A stretch of DNA of 35,752 nucleotides from Bigelowiella natans CCMP2755 (GCA_000320545.1 ADNK01001426.1:1-35752), one strand, 5' to 3'. Counted from the stretch's first letter, positions 22,971 to 35,739 are shown. The notes: generated from the sequence alone by a model not told the origin. Program-made: numbers and translations.

Positions 22971-24821
22971 TACTTGTCCCGGCGATATCACGTCTACTTC
23001 AATTTGAATGTGGTAATCTTAAATCTTGCTTCTCATACTTTTGCCCTTTCTTAATGCTATCCCTTCCCTTATTTTGACACTTGTCATTATACGCCATTCT
23101 CCAGTGGAAGAGAAGGAGAAAGAAGCTGGAAGGAATCATTCCTTGCTCGAACGATGCAGCATCCACATCATATACCTCTATTATCGTCACCACTATCGTC
23201 GTCATCATCACCATCATCGTCATCATCATCTTCCGTCAAACAACAGCGCAAGTGGACTTCACTTTCCTTCTTATCTAACAGTCTCGTTACGAGGAAATCC
23301 CCCCCCCCCACGCTGCTGCAGCAAATGAGGAGACAGATTGTTAAGATTCAGGCAGAGGGACGGTGGAACAATGACAATAACTATCCATATGATGGAGAGC
23401 AACAGCAAAGTGAGCAGTTGTACCAGCAACAACAAGGAGTAGTAGGCCAACAACAGCTTGACTCACCTTCCTATTCCTTTCAATCGCAATCATATTCTTC
23501 TTCTTCTCCTGCTGATGCAACTACTGTTCTTTCCGAAGATGGAAAGCCTCCATGCAAAATAAAGGTAGAAGAAGAAAATTACATGAGATAATTGATCAAT
23601 AATTACAATCACGACATTTGGAACAAAAAATGTACTCGTTCGTTGATTAATAAGAGGGGTAAATAGCCGCTTCTATTTGATCGTAACTCTCTTTTAATTA
23701 AATTTTGCCTCCTCTTTGTTTGTACAGGTTGTAGGAATCGGTGGAGGGGGGGGCAACACGGTAAATCGCATGATCGAATACATGGGAATGGACGACGCAT
23801 ATGACTCGGGTGTTGAGTTCTGGTCGATAAACACGGATGTTCAGGTATTAGCAGGAGGGTATGTCCCATTGGCTTGTACCTTTGCTAGAATTAGCAAGTA
23901 GTGATTATGTTTGATGATGGATAGCAAGTAGTAATTATGATTGATGATGGATATGTTCCTGCATTAGGGTTAAGGGTTGTTCTTGTCGTTCTGGTGTTGG
24001 TTGTTCAATACTGACAGGCTCTCTCGAGGTCACTTGCTGGAAATCGTATTCAAATAGGGCCTGAAGAGACCAAAGGTGGTTTGGCTGATATATACTTCTG
24101 GTGTCAATTGTCTGTCTGTGTGCTGTTCTTGCCAGTGTGACGTGATGTGATGTTGGAGAAGGACTGGAAGAGGAGGTTGAGAAGGAGGAGAGGCGAATAG
24201 CGGCATTTCTTGTTGAAAATGTGTCTGATTTCACATGATATACTCCTTCATAAACGGCGACGATCATCAGTTGACTCTGAATAATTGAGTAAGTTGGTGG
24301 AACATACATACATACATACATACATACATACATACACATACTATGAAGGGTTGGGGGCTGGAAGTAAGCCTGAGGTTGGCAAAATCGCTGCTGAAGAGAG
24401 TGCAGAAGTAATAGTAGTAGTAGTAGTAGTAGTAACAGTAGTATCGATAATAGATATGAGTACTAGTAGTAATTACTTGCTGATCTTCCTGTGCGATACT
24501 ACACATAGTAAAGTTTACTATTACCTGCTAATCTACCTGTCCATACTACATAGTAAAGTTTACTATTTAAAGTTGTCCGCAAACATATTACTACTATACT
24601 ATATCTACTACCTATTACTACCTACTACTATTTTATTTGATATATCCCTTAAATCTGCGCCATGGCTACTTTTACAACCTGTGCAACGTTTACTATGATG
24701 AATTATAAATCATGTACAATGTATATGTGTTAGTTAGTTTGTTCCTCCTTGCATATACTTGATACTTTAGGTAATAGGAGCCATCGTACGGGATACTGAT
24801 ATGGTGTTCGTCACAGCGGTC

Positions 24822-24855
<34 letters not shown>

Positions 24856-26097
24856 AGAATTATATACATCAACAAAAATAATAATAATAATAACAATAAT
24901 ACATCAACATATACACGTCTGCTTCCTCCTCCACACAGTCTTAGCGAGGACAAACGTAATACTTCTTATATACTACTACTACTACTATCTAAACAGGGAA
25001 TGGGTGGTGGTACTGGTTCTGGTGCTGCTCCTGTCGTTGCAGCAATTTCAAAGCATACAGGTTGTTTGACAGTGGGTGTCGTCACCAAACCATTCCATTT
25101 CGAGGGAAAGAAACGTTTACGACAAGCGAGAGAAGCAATCCAAGAGCTCAGAAAGCACGTGGTACTAGTAGTACTAGTAAGAGTATATCTGATTGTATGT
25201 ATATATACTCACACAGTTATTATTGCTTATTATTAGGATATACTAATTGTCGTCTCAAATGATAAATTGCTTGAAGTAGCCCCAACAGGTAGCAACTAAG
25301 TAATTCACATGTTATAGTAATTGTGCGCATGAAACACTGGCTGTTGTAGGACATTTTAATAACATGTTATTGTTGTTTTCTTCTTCTTCTTCTTCTTCTT
25401 CTTCTTCTTCTTCTTCTTCTTCTTCGTGCTCAATAATACAACTATGTACTTAGGAATGGCGCTGCAGGATGCATTCGCCCAAGCCGATGATATCCTTCGT
25501 CAGGTAGCACTAACTACTGCTATTTTGCTGCTCTAATAGGTCATAATAATAATAATAATAATAAGAATAATAATTCAAGAGACAATATTGATCGTGGCTA
25601 ATGTACAATGATATAATGAATTAAAAAGTAGATACGATATACTTATATGATGATGATGATGGTAATGATACTGATGATGATGATTTTAGGGTATTGTGGG
25701 GATATCAGAGATCATTACCAAACCTGGCCTTATCAACGTTGATTTTGCGGACGTTAAGTAATATAGTCGTGATCATGATTTTTATGGTGATTGTAGTGAT
25801 AATAAGCAATTTATGCTATTATTTGCTTCGCTAAAATTTTTTGTCTTATAATTCGTATATGTTGGATACTAAATGATATGATGTAGTGCTCTCGTTTGTG
25901 TTTCATTCGTTTCCTCCCTCTTTTTTTGCTTGTTTGCGTTTGATTTGTGATTTGTAGTGATTCTCCTGTGTTGCTATTCTTGAATAACAACATTAATTAA
26001 TTATTGTCATTACTTCTACCTACGTGTGCCGATGATGATAGCTCTGTGATGTCTAATGCGGGATTGGCCCTGATGGGTATCGGAGTAGGATCCGGTC

Positions 26098-26131
<34 letters not shown>

Positions 26132-26333
26132 CTGCATACTACTAGCATCATCATCATTATCATCACATCTCCATTGTCACTCATGTAACATCTTCCCCTC
26201 TTCCCTCCTTTTTCATTTATAAGGACCATCAAGAGCTCAAGATGCAGCAATGGCAGCTATCACGTCTCCTTTACTGGATTTTCCACTAGAGAATGCGAAG
26301 GTGGGTGGAGTTAGGATAGCGTACAATAATAAT

Positions 26334-26369
<36 letters not shown>

Positions 26370-26466
26370 GGAAGTACATGCACTGCTAACAATACAATAT
26401 TATGAAAGTGATTCCCACTACCACTGCAAACACCAATATCCGCGAGCAAGGACACACGCCAACAAA

Positions 26467-26509
<43 letters not shown>

Positions 26510-27195
26510 GAAAAAGATTTCGCTGCTGCTGCTGTTATGTGAATTATGATCGATCACTGTGTGCAGCAAGCAAGCAGTGCATCGTCTGCTTGTTGTAGTA
26601 TAAAACAGCAGCAGCAGCAGCAGTAGCATCCTTGTTCTTATTATTGTCTCACTTAATCGCCGATCGACAAAGCAGATGACACCTCAACATCATAATAATA
26701 ACAATAATAATAATAACAATAATTATAGTTTGCTATCCCTCACGATTTACGGCTGGCTTGCTGTTCTCGTACTGATGCATGCATTAATATCATTATACTT
26801 GCCGTATATATCACAGGGTGTTGTGTACACAATCAATGGAGGGCCTGATATGTCTCTCCAGGAGGTCAATCGTGTCGCAGAGGTAGCAGTCATATAGTAG
26901 TAGTTGTAGTAGCAGTATTTGTAATACAACCATTAATTAATTATGATGCTCTCATAACGTTCAACATCAGACGTAGTGATTCCATAGTTGTACTGCCTTC
27001 TTGCTGCATTTTCCTTCTTCCTCCCATTTGTACCTTCTGGTCATTATTCTTATTTTGCTGTTGTTGTTGTTCTTGTTATCCAGGTGATTGCAGAGATGGT
27101 ACATCCTGAAGCTAATGTAATATTTGGAGCTTCGACAGACGAATCTATGGGAAATAGTAATAAGAAAGATCATCACCATACTTGAATTAATGATG

Positions 27196-27268
<73 letters not shown>

Positions 27269-27991
27269 TTAGAAAGAATATAATATGTGGGCATATCAGT
27301 AAATGTTTCGGTACCTAATTGCAGCAGTATTTTACAGATGATCTCTACATTATCGTGAGGCAAATTCAGTAGATCATGCTCTCTCCCTCTCCTCTCTCTC
27401 TGTTACTCTCTGTTACTCTACACTTACTAATTCCATGATCTCTTTGTTTGTTGATATTCTCTTTCTCATTTTTTGTTAGGCATAAAGGTTGTTGTAGTGG
27501 CCACAAACTTCGAGAACAGTAAACAACCTGACGTTGATACTGAATACGATGGTTTCAATTCTCAAAACTTCTCACCCGGAAGCGCAGGATTTTCTGCTTT
27601 TGGTACTGGTTCAGGGCTGTCGTCTCCAGATTTCTCAGCTACTTACACACCTGCTGATTTCAAAGCTGGGAGGGGGGGGATGATGAGCGCCGCTGATGCT
27701 GCCGCTGCTGGTTCTTCTGCAAGGAATTCTCTGCCTACCGATAGGTCCAACGCGTACTACTCAATGGACAAGGATAGTAGCGGCAGTAGTAGTAGCAGTG
27801 TTGGTAATAATAATAGATGGGGAGGAGACTCCAACGGATACTACTACTATGACAACTCATTGGATAAGGAGGAGAGCAGCAATGAACAGATGAAATCCTC
27901 GACTCGGCAACCACAAGCAGACGAAAAGAAGAGTACGAATAAGAGACGACGACGGGGATTAGGGGGTTGGTGGTATTGGTGGAGAAACTAA
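22693..27991 (+). CDS. ftsZ: Plastid division protein FtsZ, nucleus-encoded, ~16 exons, bipartite leader
   Basis: Exons give KIK|[20 protein letters not shown]|[28 protein letters not shown] (tubulin signature), [20 protein letters not shown] (T7 loop), SPLLDFP, ANVIFGA and VVVATNF. The first exon (ATG 22693) has hydrophobic [17 protein letters not shown]. Confidence 0.97.
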
Positions 27992-28149
27992 ATACGACGT
28001 TAAGAGCAATATGGTGGATCTCTTCAGAAGTGGTAGTAGGTAGGTAGTAGCAGTAGATTGCGATTCATCAGCAGCATATATTTGTCTGCCGTGGGGATCT
28101 CACCTTTTTAATCGTAATCTAGATCGTAACTAGTCTTGAGTAGCTACGA

Positions 28150-29440
28150 TCATATATTAGATGCAAGACGGGAACCATAGATTTTTTACCAATTGTACAT
28201 TACTGCAACAACCTGAAAAATCTCGATATCTCAATGTTCTGAAATTGCGGTCACCATCATCAAGCCATTGCACAAATTTACACACCAATACTGGGTGCAA
28301 ATAGTGCGTTAATAGTAGCAACATAAAGTTATCGCAGAGCTGCTTTCATTTGTTGCAACATTCAGAGCAGACGGTGACAGGCACACCGGATGCAAAGCAT
28401 ATATTATGTATTAGTGTAGTGTAGGCAGGATGATGTCCCTGTGCTATCGTTCAGCTCATTGCCGATTTTTTGCGTAGCACGACTCTCACATTCGTGGCGT
28501 CTTACGTGTCGAAGTCGCCCTGCTATTACGATGTGCAATGTCATCTAGTCATCACATATCCTTAAGCATCTGCCCTAACTCTAGTAACTCTTCATGTTAC
28601 ACACGATGCACCATGTTATGATCGATGATGATGGGCTCCACGTGCTACATGTAGCGTGCCAGCCGCAGCTAGATAGTGTGGTCAATGCCATGTCAAAAGC
28701 TAGAAAGTCGCAAGCTAGCAAGTCCACGCGCGCTACTACTAGACTAGGCTAGCATGCCTAGATGTGCGTGCTCACTAGCTTACTACGCCGCAGATGTAGC
28801 TAGCTAGAAGCAACTCTATAACTATTATGGACTACATGCGAGCCCTAAAGGTAGTGACGTTGTACACTGCGCAGCAACAATCTATCACTAGATCATGCTA
28901 CGTGCAGTAGCTGAGGGTCGCTTGTAGTTCTAGAGTTGCGTGACGATGCATCATCAATTCCCAATGATCGGGGATCAATGCTGCTCGCTCTATTAGTGCT
29001 ACACATGGAGCAATTCCAAGGCTTGTCTGTGGCTAGTTATAGTCATAGTAGTTTGCACATGTCTAGATGTGCCAAGGTGTGTGTGACATGCACGCAAAAC
29101 TAGACATATGATGCGATGTTATGAGGAGGACGAGACGGTGCCACCTGCTGTTCGAGGCCGCACATCTGCCATCTACACGTGTACGTCGTGGCATCGATGT
29201 CATGGGTGCTAGTCATTACCATGGTGCCGCCGCTGCGCATATACGCACAGTTCACGCACGTACATCTAGCGTGCAAATAACCCAGATGACAGTACTACTT
29301 TACTTCAAATAGCGTAATAATACTATGTCACTACACAGTGTATACAATATTACACATATGAGACGGATGTAATGAAATGTTTAAATTTTTTTAATTGTCA
29401 TCCTAATGTAGCTATGCAATGCAGCGGCTACAGCGCTTAA
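28150..29440. mobile_element. CTAG/TGCA/CATG-rich degenerate intergenic block ending in the dispersed repeat
   Basis: About 19 CTAG in 28541-29280 (hand count), no exon structure, and the right boundary is the ~90-bp repeat. Confidence 0.5.
29353..29437 (+). repeat. Dispersed ~90-bp repeat, copy A (TA largely retained)
   Basis: ...gagacggatgtaatgaaatgtttaaatttttttaattgtcatcctaatgtagctatgcaatgcagcggctacagcgct, homologous to 18671-18762. Confidence 0.9.
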
Positions 29441-29689
29441 GTATTACATATGTAATGCATAGCATATACGTATGTCTTTAGTATAACAAGTCTAGAAGTG
29501 TGCTAAGAATGCCAGGATTGCATCGTGGTAATAGCAACTCTGGCAACGACAAAGAGTTTGCACGACGCTTGAATCTTTGCATTTATGATGCGAATGTTTG
29601 ATGCTGCGAACAATGAAATACAGCATTTCGGATGCTTCTTGTATACTATTTCGGAAATCATCAATGTCGGAAAGGGAGACATGAATATC

Positions 29690-32329
29690 TTAGCTTCTTG
29701 TTGCTACCTTCGCCATCTTTTTCCTTTTACCTTTTTTGGAAATCGATTTATTATTGAGATGTATCTTTCCTTTCCTCTTTTTTAGACTGCTGCTGCTGCT
29801 GCTGCTGCTTTTTTTTACTTGTGAATCTGCGGGGTTCTTCTGAATCTTTGTTTCATTTTCCTCAGAGATATTGTTCTTCCTTGTCTTTCTCTTTTTCCCA
29901 TGTAAAGATTCTTGGACACTACACTCCAACGAGGACGACATGCACGTAATTCGACCATTGCCTGATCCTAATTGTATTCCGATTTTCCCATGGTGTCAAA
30001 CGTAAAGAATTTGTGCAACGCACGCAAAAACCACATATGACGATGATGATGTTTGGGAATAATTAAGTGGTCTTAACCAACCTTTTGTGATAACTTCTCC
30101 AGTTTTTGTATTCCATACAATTATCTGATGTTAAGTTAAGTTGCTCAAACACATGATACTCAATTGCTTCATTCATAGGTAGAAAAGTTATTAGAATCCT
30201 CATCTTTATTTCCACTATAATAATCACACCTCCCCATCCGAAGATCCAGATACCAGAACGGTACTAGCTGGCTCCGCATCCCTCCTCACCTAGAAAAGGA
30301 CAAGGAAGGGTTGTTGGCAAAATATATTTAAAAAAGCCTACCCTTTACAACCCTAGGTGGACATCTATTGATGATCTATCTCATGTTTCCTGCTGCACGC
30401 TTGTCATCATCTACATCACTACAACTATATCCTTTCTCTCAGTATCCTTATTCCTAGAGCAATATCTTTACCACAGTCAAAGCTCTCACCCTTCGTTTAT
30501 GCCCCTAGATAAGTATTTTGAATAAGGTTGACTGAACTTTCAGGCTATTATTGAACAAGCTTTACTACAATGACCGAACTTACAGTGACTCAACTTTCAG
30601 GCTACTATTCAATAAGTTTTATTACAGTGACCGAACTTCCAAGTTAAGAATCCACCACCGCAACTCCTCCTCCTCCTCCTCCTCCTCCTCCTCCTCCTCC
30701 TTCCCCTCCCTCTTCCAATGATGACGACGATGATGATGGTGATGATGATGATGATGATGATACCTCCATCCGTAATTTTAAGGTACCATCGGAATTCCAT
30801 AATGTCACAGCACCATTCTCGCAGCTGTACGCATAAAACAAAGTCAGTCCATACTATAAGATGTCTTCAGGTCAATTATCGTACCACCTTCTCTAAATAC
30901 AAATAGATTCATGTGTGCAGATGACAGCGTTTGAGGTGTACATATTTAACCCCCCCTCCTCCTCCAAACCCAAGGGAAAATACCCAACAGCTAGACGCTG
31001 CCCAGCAGAACCAAGGGGGACAATAGCAAGGATTTTGGAACCCAGATTAAGATTTGATATCAAATCTCCATGGCTGTCGTACACCTTGTAAAACACAAGC
31101 ATCCTTATCATGATCAGCACCGACCGCCATTATTATTGGTATCGATATCTTCGTTAAACTCATCACCCTACCGCAGCCAAGTTCCGCAAAAAAATCTCTT
31201 CTGAGTTGAATTACACCTTAATTTCTTTTTGGGAAACGATATAGTAGCTTTTCCCATCACGACTCCATTTGACTTGTGAGGATAAGTGCCGCAACTGGAA
31301 TGGATAGAGTATGATGGAAAAAGTAATGATGCTTTTATTTTGACATGGAATTAATTCGAAAATTATTGTAGCACCACCTTGATTTTGTGCGCCAAACTGC
31401 ATGTCATTAAATTCCATAGCTGCAGTATTATTATAATTTGTTAGAGGTCAGATGTGTCTGTTGAATTTAGATTGTACACCACCTTGAGGTATCCATCTTT
31501 GCCAACCGAAAGAGCAAGTTTCCCTGATCGTACATGATTATTTATCGCTTCATCATAACATCTGATGCGAACAATTATTTTCAAGCTCTGCTTATCAATA
31601 TCACCTGTCGGGTGAATAGAAAGAGAAAGGACACCGCCTTTGTGAGCTGCAATCTTTCCTGCCTGAGAAAGCATGTTTGGTATTTTTCCTCAACTTGATA
31701 CGTTTGTTGTAGTTATTCACCTCCTCCCAGGTGGGATTCCGAGACCAAATTATTATTGCCCCGTCACCGCTGCCACTCAAGAGATAGTCCTCCCCAAAAA
31801 ATTCTAGACAGGTAATCTGAAGAGAAGAAACAGTACCTTATCAGTGAGGAGTTAACACAGAAGAAGAGGAGTTTATAGTAGTTCAGAATGCCTAGTAGTT
31901 CAGAATGCCGTGTGTCCGGTACCTCTCCTGTATGGCCGTAGAGAGCACTGAAATCTTTCAGTTGCGCAATGTCGAACAGTCTTATCGTTTCATCAGAGCT
32001 TCCCTGGTCACCAAAGCGGTTAATTAAGAACAATCTTGGTTGAGTAGTGTGTACTTAAGGGTATCTACCGATGCTACAAGATGGCTAGAAGGTGAAGATG
32101 CGAGACATGTAACGGAGCTCAGGTGTGCTTCTATCCGGAAAAGCTTTGAAATTTTCATTTCATTCGTTCCATCCTCAATGTTTTCTACAACAATAATGGA
32201 TAAATAAACAAACTTGGACCCACGAACAATAAGCATAGTACTGTTTTCTTCGAGCTCCACTCCGCTCACTGTGTGCTCGTATGTCCCGATTGCGAATCGG
32301 GCCGGGAGAAACCCAGTTTTGCTCGCCAT
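29690..32329 (-). CDS. PAK1IP1: WD40 60S ribosome biogenesis factor PAK1IP1/Mak11
   Basis: N-terminal IGTYEHTVSG, then AHLSSVTCLA..VAS|GSSDETIRLFD, ITCLEF..YLLSGSGDGAIIIW and AHKGGVLSLSIHPT|GKLALSVGKD, which are hallmarks of this family. Lys-rich C-terminal tail. Confidence 0.9.
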
Positions 32330-32776
32330 TCCCTCCGTCGTATGCAGTATGCACGGACCCTGTTCTGCAGAATGAATGTGATGATGGTGATGTAATAGGG
32401 GGTAGGGTAAGTCCCGATAGTAGGTAGTTAGTAACCGTGATTAGATCTATTAACCATGACAATGAAATGCGAACATTTGCTGTTCTTTCTTCTGCATCGA
32501 ATTGCCGAGATATCTACATTTTAAGTGCAAATTTGGAGGGAAGCACTTTCGTGTAATCGTTGGGAAGTCCTTAAATCGATGTAGAAATGAAGGGGATGTT
32601 TAACATGAGACAACTAATTACACACAAATCATTGCGACAACCCTCGCCCATAATCTACAGAATTCTGAAGGATTTTTACGCTCTCTCCCCCACCCGCAAG
32701 AGGTATGTTGAGTGTCCATTAAAATCCAAATCGTCGCCGCCTAATTGTATCACTATTTATTTATGAAAATGTGTGT

Positions 32777-32821
<45 letters not shown>

Positions 32822-32880
32822 AGAAGTGGAGTGCTATCTAAAAGGCTTCTGGACGTCTTTGCTTCAAACCCACTGCACAA

Positions 32881-33817
32881 ATGGATCGATCTGTAGGTCG
32901 CAGACGCTCGCTGCAGTATTCCAGTGACAGGTGCGTGTGAAAATTTTAAAACGTAAAGCTACGTTCTAATTCTCTTGTCTCTTCAAACCAAAGATAGTTG
33001 GATTATTTACTTACAGGTTCATAACAGAGCGTGGTGACTGGCTAATGAAAAATGGTTCAGCATCAAATCACCGGCATTGGCTAGGGCGTCCAGGTATATG
33101 ATAATGGTTACGCTCTCAAGCGAAGAAAAAGAACCTTTGGATTCCTGCCTAAATGACTTTAAAATTGCAGACGCAGTTCCTTCGAAACACGATCTTCTTC
33201 TTCAAAAATGTCTACTTGACCCCAGATTCAATTTGAAGGTTTTTAAGTTCGCAATATACGAGAAAGCCTGTATAGATTGATTATAACCCTTGTAGAACGC
33301 AACGACTGGAAACAATGACGTCTCAAATTTAGTATCAATCCGCGAAATCAGAGGAAGCAAGAGGCAGAAGAACATGTAGATCTTTCTATAATGAATATAA
33401 TTCGTGGGCATTCGAAAAATGGCATAATTTTCAGATCGGTTTTCTCACAATATCTGCCCTCTTCCAAAAAAAAATCTCAAAGGCATCTCAGAGGTAAATC
33501 CTTGCACATTCACAATCACGCTGATGTACTCTTATGTTATTCTTGTTTCGCTTGACTCAGGGGTATTATCGAGTTCACGCCCTCGCAGGCGCAATAAGCT
33601 TAAGCTTCAAGAATTTAGCAAGGTTTGTTGTTTATAGTTAGATGTTGAATCAGGAATTTATTACATGCAACACCAAAAAAACATGTTGAGCTCAAGATGA
33701 CTAAATGTAATCACGATCCAAAATAAACAGGAACGCGATGATTGGTTACCAAGAAGGCAGCTAGATTACGGTAAAACGCCACGCGTTCCTAAAGCAAAGC
33801 TGTCAGCTCCCAGATAA
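32881..33817 (+). pseudogene. Truncated Cdc20/Cdh1 (Fizzy-family)-like gene: N-terminal region only, no WD40 domain
   Basis: Seven phase-consistent GT-AG exons encode SSDRFITER (C-box-like DRFIxxR), HDLLLQKCLL and KTPRVPKAKLSAPR* (compare RKIPKVPFKVLDAP just before the first WD40 blade of Cdh1). TAA follows at 33815-33817. Confidence 0.55.
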
Positions 33818-35434
33818 TGCCAAATTCTCCGATGCTGGATTTTGTTCATTGCACTCATACACACATGACGCTGATGTGAGGTGCGCAAAGCATCTTTCAC
33901 ATATGCAATGGGTTGCCGGCTCGAGCAAAGTGATAAAGGATGAAGACTACTATTCGGTCTCAATGGAAATGAAACATTTTGAAATGAATGCACGTTAACG
34001 AAACATTATAGTCCAAGACTTAGTGCCAAAATCATGATTCCTAGAATGGAATTGAAACAATGAATGAAATTAATGCTGCTGTGAACCACCTACAAATGCA
34101 AGCAACCCCAATTCATCGGCCACATGATTGATAGATGGGTCGCCACAACCCAAGATCTAAAAAGGCTAGAAGGTGTCAGAAATCACGATGTGAGAGCTGT
34201 CTGCTTTGACATGTTTCTGACAATCTCGCACAATTGTGCCGAGCTGAAGCGGTCATCGAACTAACCGCAGCTTCTTTTTTGTGTGGCGACCACGTCTAGA
34301 CGTGTAGTTCTGCATCATGATGCATCGCGCGTCAGCAGATGCACATTGATAGCTCCATGAAAGATCGTCATGACCTCCGCTAGCCAAGAATGCAACTGCG
34401 TGTCCAACAACAATGACAAACAAAGAGAAGCAGATCTCATCACTAGATCAAACAAGTTCAAAATTTGAAACCGGAATGATGCATTTTGGCATTCCCACGC
34501 AAAACATGCTGGCATGCGAGAAACACGTCAAAACCTGACAGTGATGGTGATCACATTGGCGCTAGTCCAACAGCTTGCAACTCGGTCCAACCCGGCAACG
34601 TTCACATCTTGCCCAAACCGTGTGACATTGGGCTGTGCGTGTGACGAGCGGGGCCATGACGTGTGCGCACGTGTGGCCAGGAGCAACGCGCACGTGCACG
34701 GAATCGACATGATGCAAGTTTTGTGTTCAATCTCGTTCGCATCCAGTTTTCGAGAAATTCCACTTTCATTGCCCAAAATTGAGCCATCTGCGTGCCATGC
34801 AAGGAGAAAAACCTCGTGCACTTTGGTTCCAATCTACAACTGGCTCCAAGCACAGTGGGAGTTGCAAGAAACTGTTCCTCTGAGCTGTTGATCAAGAGCC
34901 ATCTGACATGCAGCACAAGTGGTTGGGCCCAAATCGCCAAAATCTCGAGCAGACACCTCAGTTTTTGCACTTTGAAAATTGGGCAAAATTGGGAAATCAG
35001 AGTTTTCACTTTTTCAAGAAAACGCAAAAACAACTCTCATGTTGGCACGAATGCTCAGAATTGCGCGTGCACAGCAAAAAGTGATGAAAATTGTTGAAAG
35101 CACTGGTCAAACGAGCCCAGGAGTGTCAAATTGTCGACACTTGTGCGTTCCTGCGTCAGCACGTGCCGCACACCGAGAATTTGTGCAAGTGATCAAGTTC
35201 AATTGAGCCAAATTGAAGTGCGCAATGACAGCTGCACGTCAAGCAAAAAATTGTCTAAAAACATCATCCAGTTTTTGAGATGGCTCACTTTTTGTGTCAA
35301 CATTGCAACGCAAGTTTGGCCAAGCTGCACTTGGCTCAAGCGCACAGAGCGATTTGTGCACTTGCGCACAGCGCTGAACACTTGTAAACAAAATCAACAC
35401 TGCGTGCATCCACGATCACTGCACGCATCCACGC
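33818..35434. repeat. Subtelomeric TpA-depleted region
   Basis: TA frequency falls toward the telomere, with only 4 TA in 34501-35440 by hand count. Confidence 0.75.
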
Positions 35435-35739
35435 TCAGGGTAGGGTTAGGGGTTAGGGTTAGGGGTTAGGGTTAGGGGTTAGGGTTAGGGGTTAGGGTTA
35501 GGGGTTAGGGTTAGGGGTTAGGGTTAGGGTTAGGGGTTAGGGTTAGGGTTAGGGTTAGGGTTAGGGTTAGGGTTAGGGTTAGGGTTAGGGTTACGGTTAG
35601 GGTTAGGGTTAGGGTTAGGGTTAGGGTTAGGGTTAGGGTTAGGGTTAGGGTTAGGGTTAGGGTTAGGGTTAGGGTTAGGGTTAGGGTTAGGGTTAGGGTT
35701 AGGGTTAGGGTTAGGGTTAGGGTTAGGGTTAGGGTTAGG
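35435..35739 (+). repeat. Telomere array (TTAGGG)n
   Basis: About 50 repeats, G-rich strand running 5'->3' toward the end. Proximal variants TCAGGG, TAGGG and TTAGGGG, and one TTACGG at 35591. Confidence 0.99.

Noticed and set aside
33930-34200. IKDEDYYS and VRNHDVR as remnants of the Cdc20 WD40 domain
   Set aside because: Very short matches without flanking conservation or a consistent exon chain.
34514-35469. Multiple overlapping 60-140-aa subtelomeric ORFs
   Set aside because: Open on both strands, Cys/His-rich and Tyr-poor; the same stop-codon depletion artefact.
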